This document shows, one piece after another, positions 30,391-38,819 of a stretch of DNA of 64,000 bases (position 1 is its first letter; every line of letters starts with the position of its first letter). Below the pieces are notes generated by a model. The model made no database searches and was not told where the DNA came from. It saw only the letters and a list, made by a program, of their open reading frames with translations. Both the position numbers and the translations under genes were made by a program. The stretch comes from Ignavibacteria bacterium (GTDB taxonomy: Bacteria; Bacteroidota; Ignavibacteria; UBA10030; SZUA-254): positions 2,804-66,803 of the forward strand of contig JACOSX010000140.1 in assembly GCA_016178625.1 (NCBI GenBank), in the 5' to 3' direction.

Positions 30391-31104
30391 ATGTCGGAAG
30401 AGTTAATAATTGAAGGCAAAAATGGCATCCATAACATGAAAAGAACGACCATGAAAACCTCGCTCAGTGACCGCATCCGAGCTGCTCGGGAGAATAAAGA
30501 AATTGACCAGAGTAGCCTTTCAAGAAAAGTTGATGTCGCTGTCCGCACGCTCCAACGATGGGAAAAAGGAATGCAAGTTCCTGATAGTGATTACTTGCTG
30601 CGGCTTGCCAAATATACTGGTGTCCGCCCTGAATGGTTATTAACTGGCGAGGGAGAAATGTATCCTTCTCCGGCGCCCGTGGGAAAAATAATTCCTTTTC
30701 ATAAGGAATCATCATTGCGAAAAGTCTCTCTCATCGACATTCCTGTTCTCTCCTCTGTTCCAGCGGGAAAAACCGCAGCAATCTTTCATCCCGAACATGT
30801 CGAACGATATATCACGATCGACAACATTAAAGATCATGGTGCGTTTGCTCTCATTGTGAAGGGAAGGAGCATGTCACCGAGGATTGAAGATGGTGATATC
30901 GTTGTCGTCAGCCCACAACAAGAAGTACGTAACGGAGACATCTGCGTTGTCCGGGTGAACGATGAAGACGTGTTGAAGAAAATCAAAATGGATGAGAATT
31001 ACGTTCATCTTATTCCACTGAACACAACATTTGAGCCTGTCACAGTTCGGAAGCGAGATGTGGCTTTTATTTGGAAGGTCATCAGGGTAATCAAAAACCT
31101 TTAA
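30391..31104 (+). CDS. XRE-family HTH + S24 peptidase (LexA/CI-like autocleaving repressor)
   Basis: HTH_3-like 'SSLSRKVDVAVRTLQRWEKG'. An Ala-Gly site ('VPAGK'). S24 catalytic Ser 'GRSMSP' and Lys 'VLKKIK'. Confidence 0.7.
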   Translation: MSEELIIEGKNGIHNMKRTTMKTSLSDRIRAARENKEIDQSSLSRKVDVAVRTLQRWEKGMQVPDSDYLLRLAKYTGVRPEWLLTGEGEMYPSPAPVGKIIPFHKESSLRKVSLIDIPVLSSVPAGKTAAIFHPEHVERYITIDNIKDHGAFALIVKGRSMSPRIEDGDIVVVSPQQEVRNGDICVVRVNDEDVLKKIKMDENYVHLIPLNTTFEPVTVRKRDVAFIWKVIRVIKNL

Positions 31105-31192
31105 GCTTGCATTTTATCCCTGTTTTCCCACGTTTTTCATTTTCGACCGGTATTCAGTCGATAACTCATGCACGTGATGGGTCTGGCATTTG

Positions 31193-31206
31193 GTGACAAT
31201 TGTCAC
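31193..31206. promoter_or_regulatory. Perfect 14-bp palindrome GTGACAATTGTCAC upstream of HTH-receiver gene
   Basis: Sits 65 nt before ATG 31271, followed by a second inverted repeat CTTGAGGT-18nt-ACCTCAAG (31231-31264) that spans a TATATT. Confidence 0.3.
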
Positions 31207-31270
31207 TATACAAATTCATTTGTGTGTTATCTTGAGGTATATTCTTTCGTGAAACAACCTCAAGGCAATT

Positions 31271-31933
31271 ATGGTCGAATACAGGCAGAGTCCCAATGGA
31301 CTCAAATTCTCTACGGTGTACCGAAAACCTCTCAATGTTGGTCTGGTAGCAAAGATTTGTAGGGTTAGCAAAAAAACCGTTTTGAATTGGATATATAGGG
31401 ATGCACTGAAGGCCTTCACAACGTTCGGAGGACACTACCGGATCTGGCCCGGAGACCTAAAGGAATTCATGGTGAAGGCAGGACTTGATGTACCGTTCCA
31501 ATACGTCGATGACCGAGGAACAACGGTTCTCATCGTCGATGATGATCCCGCCTATACACTGTTGCTCAAAGAAGCGATCTGCGAACATTTTCCCAGCGCT
31601 GATGTCATCACGACGGATGATGGTTACGAGGCACTGCTTCTTATCGGAGAACGAAAGCCTCATGTAGTTCTCCTCGATCTGAAAATGCCGAAGATCGATG
31701 GGTTTCAAGTTCTCGAGCTACTGAAGTCGAGAAAGAAAGATAACACTATGAAAATCATCGTCCTTTCGGCATTTATAGACCATCAAGTCCGAGAGAAGTT
31801 GAATGAGACTGTTGCCGATGAAGTATGGGAGAAGGGGAAGGACATCTGGGGGCTTCTCCAATCCCTGAAAACGCTCGTCAACTCGGGTGGAAGTCAACCT
31901 CGCGTTTCACGAACACTATCACATTCAAACTAA
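31271..31933 (+). CDS. Response regulator with N-terminal excisionase/MerR-type HTH (HTH_17) and C-terminal receiver domain
   Basis: 'LNVGLVAKICRVSKKTVLNWIYRDALKAFTTFGGHYRIWPGDLKEF' is the HTH_17 pattern. Receiver: 'VLIVDDDP', 'VLLDLKMPKIDG', 'IIVLSA'. Confidence 0.7.
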   Translation: MVEYRQSPNGLKFSTVYRKPLNVGLVAKICRVSKKTVLNWIYRDALKAFTTFGGHYRIWPGDLKEFMVKAGLDVPFQYVDDRGTTVLIVDDDPAYTLLLKEAICEHFPSADVITTDDGYEALLLIGERKPHVVLLDLKMPKIDGFQVLELLKSRKKDNTMKIIVLSAFIDHQVREKLNETVADEVWEKGKDIWGLLQSLKTLVNSGGSQPRVSRTLSHSN

Positions 31934-31957
31934 ACTACTTTTTTTACCCGACCTCTT

Positions 31958-32656
31958 ATGAAAGCAATTCGTGTCCTGCTCATCGACACAACCACAACAC
32001 ATAAGCAACTCCTGGAGCAGAGACTCCTAAACCCTGACTCAATCCGATTTAATGTGAGATTTGCTGCCCCAAAACATGCGGGGGATGTTTTCAAAGACTC
32101 TGCGAACCAGTTAGATCTCATTCTCATTGGTGAGAAGATCTCTCCATCGACTATCGTGCAGACGACGAAGATGGTTCGATCGCGGAATCTAACGATTCCG
32201 ATTTTTGCACTGACGAAACAGAGTGAAGCCCGGGTGCCACGGAACTACCAACGAGCCGGTGTCGATGATATGATCAATATTGCCGATATCGATTCGCCGC
32301 TCTTTTCGTGGACCTTCGTCAGCACGGTTGAACATGTTGTTTTGAAGAAGAAGGCGCGCGAGTATGATGTCCTTCACCGCCAGCTGCGCTCCGTCAATGA
32401 TTCACTGGCGTACATTATGCACGAAATCAATAACCCATTGAGTGTCATCAGACTCGCTCTCTATCATCTCGATAACCCGGAGTTGCCAGGACATAAGCGT
32501 GACACATTCCTCAAGTTGCTCGTCGATAATCTCGAAAGAGTTGAGTCTCAGATGAATGAGCTTCGGTTAATTCGCCGCGACCTTGGCGGTGAACCAACAA
32601 CTCGCACGAAGATTCTCACAATCAAGCCTGCGGCTGGGGTTCAGGCGAAGCGCTGA
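31958..32656 (+). CDS. Receiver-like domain fused to HisKA (DHp) dimerisation/phosphoacceptor domain, no HATPase domain
   Basis: N-terminal 'RVLLIDTT..LDLILIG..IPIFALT' is receiver-like, with a degenerate acidic pocket. 'LAYIMHEINNPLSVIRLALYHL' is an H-box. The protein ends about 60 aa later with no G-boxes. Confidence 0.6.
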   Translation: MKAIRVLLIDTTTTHKQLLEQRLLNPDSIRFNVRFAAPKHAGDVFKDSANQLDLILIGEKISPSTIVQTTKMVRSRNLTIPIFALTKQSEARVPRNYQRAGVDDMINIADIDSPLFSWTFVSTVEHVVLKKKAREYDVLHRQLRSVNDSLAYIMHEINNPLSVIRLALYHLDNPELPGHKRDTFLKLLVDNLERVESQMNELRLIRRDLGGEPTTRTKILTIKPAAGVQAKR

Positions 32657-32765
32657 TAGCCTCACCGTGCGGTGCGTGATTGAACGCATGGTGGATGGAA
32701 AACTCATTTCGTATCTTTATCCTGTAAGTTATCAATAGCTCCGATAACTTAGTCTTGGTTGACCG

Positions 32766-32796
32766 AGCCCGATTCATGCCCTGGATCGGGCTTTTG
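32766..32796 (+). terminator. Terminator hairpin AGCCCGAT-11nt-ATCGGGCT + TTTTGTATT
   Basis: 8-bp perfect stem followed by a T-rich tail, downstream of 31958..32656. Confidence 0.5.
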
Positions 32797-32880
32797 TATT
32801 CTTGGAATCCTCCACTCATTTCGCTACATTACGTGCAAGATAACGTTCGCTTCACACATTTCACGTCTGAATAGTCTATC

Positions 32881-33978
32881 ATGGGTTTCAATTGTGGAAT
32901 CATTGGACTTCCCAATGTGGGGAAGTCCACGTTGTTTAATGCCATTACTGCGGCTGGTGCAGCAGCGGAGAACTATCCTTTCTGTACGATCGATCCGAAT
33001 ATCGGTGTTGTGCCGGTCCCGGACAAGCGACTCGATACACTGGTGAAGCTCTATAAGCCCACGAAGGTTACTCCAACGGCGATTGAGTTTGTCGACATTG
33101 CCGGGTTGGTGAAAGGCGCCAGCAAGGGTGAAGGTTTAGGAAATCAATTCCTCTCGCATATCCGCGATGTGAACGCGATTTGTCACGTCGTTCGATGTTT
33201 CGAAGATGAAAATGTTGTCCACGTGGATGGCAACGTTAATCCGACGCGGGACATCGAGATCATCGAAGCAGAATTAATCCTCAAGGACTTGGAGACCGTA
33301 GAAAAGAAGTTGTCAGATACGGACAAGCGTTCGAAGAGTGGCGATAAAAAAATCCGTGCCGAAGCCGATTTCTATGCTCGGATCCGTGAGCACCTCCTCA
33401 GTGGTCGGCTTGCACTCTATGAGAAGCCTGAAACTCCAGATGAGGAGATCTTTCTGCGAGACCTTCATCTGTTAACTGCGAAGCCGGTGATGTATATTGC
33501 CAACGTCGATGAGAAACACCTCACCGCTGAAGACGGATATGTGAAACAGGTACGCGAGCTTGCTGCCAAGGAGGGTGCAAAGGTAGTTGTCGCCTGCACA
33601 AAGATCGAGGCGGAAATTGCCTCGATGCCTTATGATGAACGAGAAGAGTTTCTCCGTGAGCTCGGGGTAAAAGAATCTGGACTCGATCAGGTCATCCATG
33701 AAGGGTATGCCTTGCTCGATCTCATCACGTTTTTTACCGCCGGACCAAAAGAGGTAAAAGCATGGACAATCAACCGAGGATTCCTTGCACCGCAGGCTGC
33801 AGGAGAGATTCATACCGATTTCGAGCGCGGGTTTATCAAAGCTGAGGTGATAAAGTATCAGGACCTCGCGGAGCTTGGCTCTGAACTTGCGGTGAAGGAG
33901 AAAGGGCTCCTGCACATTGAAGGACGGGAATATGTTGTGGAGGATGGAGACGTTATTTTTTTCAGGTTTAATGTGTGA
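32881..33978 (+). CDS. ychF: Ribosome-binding ATPase YchF (Obg-family GTPase/ATPase)
   Basis: '[16 protein letters not shown]' P-loop, 'DIAGLV' G3, 365 aa with a C-terminal TGS-like region. Highly conserved family. Confidence 0.9.
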   Translation: MGFNCGIIGLPNVGKSTLFNAITAAGAAAENYPFCTIDPNIGVVPVPDKRLDTLVKLYKPTKVTPTAIEFVDIAGLVKGASKGEGLGNQFLSHIRDVNAICHVVRCFEDENVVHVDGNVNPTRDIEIIEAELILKDLETVEKKLSDTDKRSKSGDKKIRAEADFYARIREHLLSGRLALYEKPETPDEEIFLRDLHLLTAKPVMYIANVDEKHLTAEDGYVKQVRELAAKEGAKVVVACTKIEAEIASMPYDEREEFLRELGVKESGLDQVIHEGYALLDLITFFTAGPKEVKAWTINRGFLAPQAAGEIHTDFERGFIKAEVIKYQDLAELGSELAVKEKGLLHIEGREYVVEDGDVIFFRFNV

Positions 33979-34084
33979 TCAGCGGGCATGTCATCGCGAA
34001 TCCCGCTTCCAGTGGGACGAAGCAATCTCATACTCTCATTGAAGCATCACTTCATCGCTTTGTTCCTGGCGGTGACACCAGAAT

Positions 34085-35140
34085 TTAAAACATCTCCATC
34101 TGACCTTTCGGTTCTCTCCGAAAATGGCTGGTATCAAATTCAAACTTCTCGTTGTTCAATCCAACCTTTTCGCAACTCAGCTTGAAGAGTTGTTTGATCG
34201 AGTTCGCAATCTCGCCTTCACCTCCCATACGTTTACCCCACTGTGAATCGCTTAACTTCCCGCTACGGACGTCTCTGATTCTGTTAAGGACTTTCCCAGC
34301 TCTCTCGGGTAATGTTCGTTGAATCCAATCTAGGAAGAGTGGTTCTACTGATCCTGGCAGTCGAAGCATAGTGTAGCCCGCCCACGTTGCGCCACGCGAT
34401 GCCGCTTCCTTCAGGATCATAGGCATTTCTTCGTCGGTTAGCCCCGGAATAATCGGTGCTACATTCACGCACACTGGAATCCCATGGCTCGAAAGGATTT
34501 CAATCGTCTCCAGCCGTTTATAGGGAGCTGATGTTCGGGGTTCCATCATTCGAATCAGTTCTTTATTGAAACTGGTGATCGAAATGATAACAAAGACAAG
34601 ATCACGTGCGGCGAGATCTTTGAGAATATCGAGGTCTCGAACAATGAGTGCATTCTTGGTGATAAGTCCGACGGGGTTACGGTACTTAAGAAAAACTTCC
34701 AGACACCGACGGGTAAGTTGTACCTTACGCTCAACCGGTTGATAGCAATCGGTGTTACCGGAGAAGCACACCATTTGCGGTTGCCACGTCTTTTTCCGGA
34801 ACTCCTTCTCCAGAAGTGCAGGCGCGTCATGCTTCACGATGATTTTCGTCTCGAAGTCGATGCCGGCGGAGAAGCCGAGATATTCGTGACTTGGTCGCGC
34901 GTAGCAGTAGATACAGCCATGTTCGCAGCCGCGGTAGGGATTGATGCTATAGGTGAAGGGAATATCCGGGCTGTCGTTTTTTGCCAGAATGGTTTTGGAG
35001 GTATCTTTATAGAATACGGTTTGAACCGGACGGTCCTCGTCGTTCTCATCCCACTCAATCTCGAGTGGTTCGAGATGAAGCTGTTCGAATCGGTTGGGCG
35101 GGTTGAAGGCAGCGCCGCGGCCTTTGAGAGATGCCGACAT
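34085..35140 (-). CDS. Radical SAM protein, PA0069/SplB-like (DNA-photolyase-like) family
   Basis: 'YRGCEHGCIYCYA' CxxxCxxC radical SAM cluster motif. 351 aa. Matches the COG1533-like arrangement. Confidence 0.8.
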   Translation of the reverse strand: MSASLKGRGAAFNPPNRFEQLHLEPLEIEWDENDEDRPVQTVFYKDTSKTILAKNDSPDIPFTYSINPYRGCEHGCIYCYARPSHEYLGFSAGIDFETKIIVKHDAPALLEKEFRKKTWQPQMVCFSGNTDCYQPVERKVQLTRRCLEVFLKYRNPVGLITKNALIVRDLDILKDLAARDLVFVIISITSFNKELIRMMEPRTSAPYKRLETIEILSSHGIPVCVNVAPIIPGLTDEEMPMILKEAASRGATWAGYTMLRLPGSVEPLFLDWIQRTLPERAGKVLNRIRDVRSGKLSDSQWGKRMGGEGEIANSIKQLFKLSCEKVGLNNEKFEFDTSHFRREPKGQMEMF

Positions 35141-35148
35141 GAGAGGCC

Positions 35149-35469
35149 TTACGTGATGATCGGAAATATGATATAGCGTAACAATACGTGAGCAACAACT
35201 TCGACAACAAGTGCGATCACAAATGCGTCAGGGAAGAACTGAATATTCGTATATTTCGAGCAGAGGTACGTTGCAAGGCCAATAACAACGATTGGTGCAG
35301 GAATGAACAAGAATGGGATGAGCGAGACGAGCACTCCGCTCCCGGCTATGACGATACAACTCAAGAGTGTTGCGGGAATTACTCTCCAACGGAAAACGCC
35401 GTAGTACATTGTAGTTTTCATAACAAGGGGAACGATCGCTGAGAGGATGTAGCTTAGAACTATAGACAT
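35149..35469 (-). CDS. Small 3-TM membrane protein (hypothetical)
   Basis: 106 aa, three hydrophobic helices. Sits 8 nt upstream of the radical SAM gene on the same strand. Confidence 0.4.
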   Translation of the reverse strand: MSIVLSYILSAIVPLVMKTTMYYGVFRWRVIPATLLSCIVIAGSGVLVSLIPFLFIPAPIVVIGLATYLCSKYTNIQFFPDAFVIALVVEVVAHVLLRYIIFPIIT

Positions 35470-35472
35470 GAC

Positions 35473-36213
35473 TTATTTCAATAAGATTAGCTTCTTCGTC
35501 TCCGAGAAGATGTCCGCTTGCCCGCTTTCTTGTTGGCGGGTGGAAAGCCGATAATAATACACTCCACTGGCAACCTTGTCTGCGTTCCATTGCCGTGTAT
35601 ATGTGCCGGGATAGAGTTGTTCCGATACCACTGTGACGATTTCCTCTCCGAGGAGGTTGAAGACTTTGAGCGACACAAACCCGGAAGCTGGAACCTCGAA
35701 CCTAATTGTCGTGACCGGGTTGAACGGGTTCGGGTAGTTTTGGGAGAGTAGATAGGTAGCTGGTGCAACGTTCTCTTCTCGAATGCCGAGCGGCATCGGC
35801 GGGCCTAGTTGAGCGATGTCGTAAGCGGCTCGGGACAATTCAATTGTCCGGGAGCAAAAGCTCGCGTGAAGCGCGTCCGCGTAGTATTCTGCGTAGATCA
35901 GGTAACTAGAGTCTGCGACGAAAGGGTAGCCACAAGCAGCTTCATTGATGGCTGTGTAAATCGTGACTGGTGATGATGCGATTCCTTTCCAGTATCCGAA
36001 CACCTCCACCTGCAAGCGCAGTTCATGAGTAGCAGAATCGAGTCTGATCTCAATGATCTTTCCAAAAAAAACAGCACTGCTGTTTTGTAATTCCTGCAAC
36101 GGAGACCCTGGAAACTCGCAACTGCAGGCACTCGCGTTTGGATGTACGAGTACACTTACCAAACCGGACATAATCAAGAAAACAATCATCGGTTTCATAA
36201 CGTACCCCCACAT
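35473..36213 (-). CDS. TIMP-like (NTR/OB-fold, tissue-inhibitor-of-metalloproteinase-like) domain protein with T9SS C-terminal sorting domain
   Basis: Predicted signal cleavage leaves an N-terminal 'CSCEFPGS...'. Cys spacing C1/C3/C64/C96 matches the TIMP C1-C70 and C3-C99 disulfides. 'YTAINEAACGYPF' aligns with TIMP 'YTAPSSAVCGVSL', and 'SYLIYAEY' with 'EYLIAGKAE'. C-terminal 'NYPNPFNPVTTIRFEV...GVYYYRL' is a T9SS CTD. Confidence 0.6.
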   Translation of the reverse strand: MWGYVMKPMIVFLIMSGLVSVLVHPNASACSCEFPGSPLQELQNSSAVFFGKIIEIRLDSATHELRLQVEVFGYWKGIASSPVTIYTAINEAACGYPFVADSSYLIYAEYYADALHASFCSRTIELSRAAYDIAQLGPPMPLGIREENVAPATYLLSQNYPNPFNPVTTIRFEVPASGFVSLKVFNLLGEEIVTVVSEQLYPGTYTRQWNADKVASGVYYYRLSTRQQESGQADIFSETKKLILLK

Positions 36214-36247
36214 AAAAAGTGCGACGCACCTTTAAGGTGCGTCGCAC
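36214..36247 (-). terminator. Strong rho-independent terminator (12-bp perfect stem GTGCGACGCACC/GGTGCGTCGCAC, 5-nt loop, T5) ending the fur-FTR1-ApbE operon
   Basis: Perfect inverted repeat 36219-36230 / 36236-36247. On the minus strand it is followed by TTTTT (plus-strand A-run 36214-36218). Confidence 0.6.
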
Positions 36248-36255
36248 ATGGATAA

Positions 36256-36585
36256 TTACTCCACGCCTAACTTCTTCTTCGCCTCATCCGACATCATTGA
36301 GGGATTCCACTGCGGCTCCCAGACAATCCGGATGTCGCACTCGTGTACGCCGGGAATCTCGAGCACCCGTTCGCGTGCAAGATTGGAGATCGCGCCGCCC
36401 ATCCCGCAACCGGGAGTTGTAAGTGTCATCTTCACCCCGACCCAATCGTCGATGATCTTCACGTCGTATACCAATCCCAGATCCACAATGCTCACGGGGA
36501 TTTCGGGATCGTATACGTCTCGTAATGCTTGAAACACTTGGGCTTCGGTTACGTCTTGTTGTTCGGTGGGATTTTGGTTGTTCAT
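36256..36585 (-). CDS. DUF59 / MIP18-family protein (SufT/PaaD-like Fe-S assembly factor)
   Basis: 'VYDPEIPVSIVDLGLVYDV...TLTTPGCGMGG' is the DUF59 signature. ATG at 36585 with an AAAGGAA Shine-Dalgarno. The track ORF extends to 36654. Confidence 0.65.
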   Translation of the reverse strand: MNNQNPTEQQDVTEAQVFQALRDVYDPEIPVSIVDLGLVYDVKIIDDWVGVKMTLTTPGCGMGGAISNLARERVLEIPGVHECDIRIVWEPQWNPSMMSDEAKKKLGVE

Positions 36586-36698
36586 CGTGGTCGTTCCTTT
36601 CACAAGTAAGGTAAGATTTTTACGGACGGATTGCAAAACCAAAAGCCCGGGCATAATACTACGTTGTCTGGAGGCAGGACGGTGTCCTGTCCTACCGC

Positions 36699-37748
36699 TC
36701 AGATTTTTACGAGTTTCTCAGCATCTCCGTCTTGAACGATGGAGATGAATTGGATGTCCTTCGATTGCTGAAGGATCGATGCTGTTTTCTCCATACCGAG
36801 AACAAAAAATCCGGTTGAGAGCGCATCCGCTTGGATGGCTGTATCTGCGATGACTGTTCCGCTCAGAATAGTTCTGGCCGTTCTTCCACTTGATGGATCG
36901 AGGATGTGACCAATTGTTTGTCCGTTGGCTTGAATGAAATTCTCATAGTTGCCAGATGTTGAGAGTGCTTGATCTTTGATGTGAACCGTCGTGATGATCT
37001 TGTCAGTCTCTTGTGGATCGGTAATTCCGATCTCCCATCCTTCGGTATCAGGTGGTGTACCGATGGCGTACAGATCGCCACTGTGGTTAATGAGCGCGGA
37101 TTCAATACCATGTGACTTTACAATATGCGCCGCTTGATCAAGTGCATAGCCGACGGCGATTCCTCCAAAATCGAGTTTTGTCCGAGGGTGTTTGAGCGCC
37201 ACAACTGATGCGTAATCATTCGATACGATGTTGAGCATCCCGACTCCATCAAGAGTCTCGGCAATTTGTTTGTCAGAAGGGAAGTGATGCACTTGGGCAT
37301 CATCCCGGAAACCATAAAGCTCCATGAGCGGTTCGAGTGTTACGTCAAATGCACCTTCGGTCATCTCGTTGTACGTTCTCGCTCCACTAAGGACTTGGAT
37401 TATTCTCGAATCGACTTCAAGTTCATTTCTTCCCGAATGGTGATTGATCACCGACACTTGGCTTTTTGGATCGAAGACGCTCATGAGCTTATCAATCTCT
37501 TTCATCTCGCCGAACGCTTCTTCGATTGCCCGGTTGCATAATCGCTCATCATCACAATATGCTTTTATTGTAACAATACTTCCCATGGTGAACGCTGCTC
37601 GCTCAACGTATTTGGTTGGTGCGAGTACTTTTGCGATTCCGCTCAGTGGCCCGAGAGTAGTGCCGAGCATCAATGCCGATGAGAGTTGCATGAAGGACCG
37701 ACGCGAGAGAACCGGGTGTTCTTTCCCCTCAAGTACGACCCGCTTCAT
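36699..37748 (-). CDS. apbE: FAD:protein FMN transferase ApbE with Tat signal (periplasmic flavin transferase)
   Basis: 'SRRSFMQL' twin-arginine motif. 'LDFGGIAVGYALD' and 'GHILDPSSG' ApbE motifs. The start overlaps the upstream stop (ATGA 37745-37748). The track ORF extends to 37802. Confidence 0.8.
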   Translation of the reverse strand: MKRVVLEGKEHPVLSRRSFMQLSSALMLGTTLGPLSGIAKVLAPTKYVERAAFTMGSIVTIKAYCDDERLCNRAIEEAFGEMKEIDKLMSVFDPKSQVSVINHHSGRNELEVDSRIIQVLSGARTYNEMTEGAFDVTLEPLMELYGFRDDAQVHHFPSDKQIAETLDGVGMLNIVSNDYASVVALKHPRTKLDFGGIAVGYALDQAAHIVKSHGIESALINHSGDLYAIGTPPDTEGWEIGITDPQETDKIITTVHIKDQALSTSGNYENFIQANGQTIGHILDPSSGRTARTILSGTVIADTAIQADALSTGFFVLGMEKTASILQQSKDIQFISIVQDGDAEKLVKI

Positions 37749-38278
37749 CTTTGTACTCTCCAGAGCTCCCATAAGATGAGAGTGATCATGATGAGAAAAC
37801 ATCCGACCATTGTTACGCCGGAGATAATCACGAGCCAGCTGAACAATTCCGAAACGAAGCGCATCAGCCAGATTCCACCGAACGTCGTGGCGATAGCAAT
37901 GATTGGCTCGACCATCAGAAATTTTTTTACAGCATGACCGACTATCGAGGAAAAATAGAAAAGTCCTCCGACTGTGAAAAAGACAAGGGAAAGCGAAAGC
38001 ACATGATTATGAAGGAACATGTACATCTCATCGATACTCTTCGCATATTTGATCTCGGCTGTATTTTCGGGCGAGCCGCGATACTGTTCAGCGAGTCCGC
38101 GCGGCGTGCCGGATGTTGTATGATCGACAAACAAAAGTCCTATGGCATATCCCGAGGTGAGCAAGATCAGAAATGTAGTGATGAAAAGCCGAAGGGTTGA
38201 GTCGGCATTACATAGCCTCCAATGGGTCGTTACCCTTTCCGCATTTGTCTCGTTCATTGATTCAGGGGATGCGATCAT
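37745..38278 (-). CDS. 4-TM His-rich integral membrane protein (possible b-type cytochrome / EetA-like electron conduit)
   Basis: Four hydrophobic helices with His at helix ends ('VDHTTSG', 'FLHNHVL', 'VGHAVKK'). Tight overlaps with both neighbours. An alternative start is at 38257. Confidence 0.45.
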   Translation of the reverse strand: MIASPESMNETNAERVTTHWRLCNADSTLRLFITTFLILLTSGYAIGLLFVDHTTSGTPRGLAEQYRGSPENTAEIKYAKSIDEMYMFLHNHVLSLSLVFFTVGGLFYFSSIVGHAVKKFLMVEPIIAIATTFGGIWLMRFVSELFSWLVIISGVTMVGCFLIMITLILWELWRVQR

Positions 38279-38819
38279 GAGTGAGCTCGAAGGTGGTAAG
38301 AATCTTTCTCACTCCGTCGGTGATGGCGTGGACGGATATTGTCGCGCCGCTGATGTTCTTGATGTCCCTCCCCGGCTGGAGCTTGTCTAATGTTGTCTTT
38401 TGACGAAACTGTTTCCGAAACGATTCGTAGGCGATCTCGCCACCGTACGATTCACGGTAGGCAAGAACATCAATATCTTGCACGTTGCCAGTTGGCCTAA
38501 CACCAACCAAATAAGTAATAAGTTGGGTTTTACCTTTCACGTTATCGATAAACCCGTATCCCACAACCTCTTTCCCAATAATACAGCGATACACGGTGAT
38601 TGTATCGCCAGTCCAACGAGACCTGCTCCGGTCGAAAAGTTGTTGTTTCTCTTCCGATGTCAGTTTTACGGTTATGAGTGTGATAGAAGTCGAGTCACCG
38701 AACATTTTTTTTAGCGACGCAAATACTTTACCGTCAACACTGAGTTGAGAGCGAGACATCACCGTACAAATTACCATCAAGCAGAATGTGAGAGAAATAT
38801 CTTTCCAGCGCAAGAACAT
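38262..38819 (-). CDS. Secreted/lipoprotein FMN-binding-domain protein (FMN_bind; ApbE substrate)
   Basis: 'GYGFIDNVKGKTQLITYLVGV' and the C-terminal 'ISGATISVHAITDGV' fit the FMN_bind domain, whose [S/T]GAT[I/V]S Thr is the flavinylation site. The start overlaps the porin stop (TGATG). Confidence 0.7.
   Translation of the reverse strand: MFLRWKDISLTFCLMVICTVMSRSQLSVDGKVFASLKKMFGDSTSITLITVKLTSEEKQQLFDRSRSRWTGDTITVYRCIIGKEVVGYGFIDNVKGKTQLITYLVGVRPTGNVQDIDVLAYRESYGGEIAYESFRKQFRQKTTLDKLQPGRDIKNISGATISVHAITDGVRKILTTFELTHDRIP

Noticed and set aside
30391-31933. Prophage remnant hypothesis (CI-like repressor plus excisionase-type HTH)
   Set aside because: There is no integrase, terminase, capsid or att-like repeats nearby. 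The excisionase-type HTH is fused to a receiver domain, so a cellular regulatory function is more likely.
32727-32750. Palindrome AAGTTATC-9nt-GATAACTT upstream of ychF
   Set aside because: The arms are short and AT-rich, with no associated regulator or repeated occurrence. It may be a chance hairpin.
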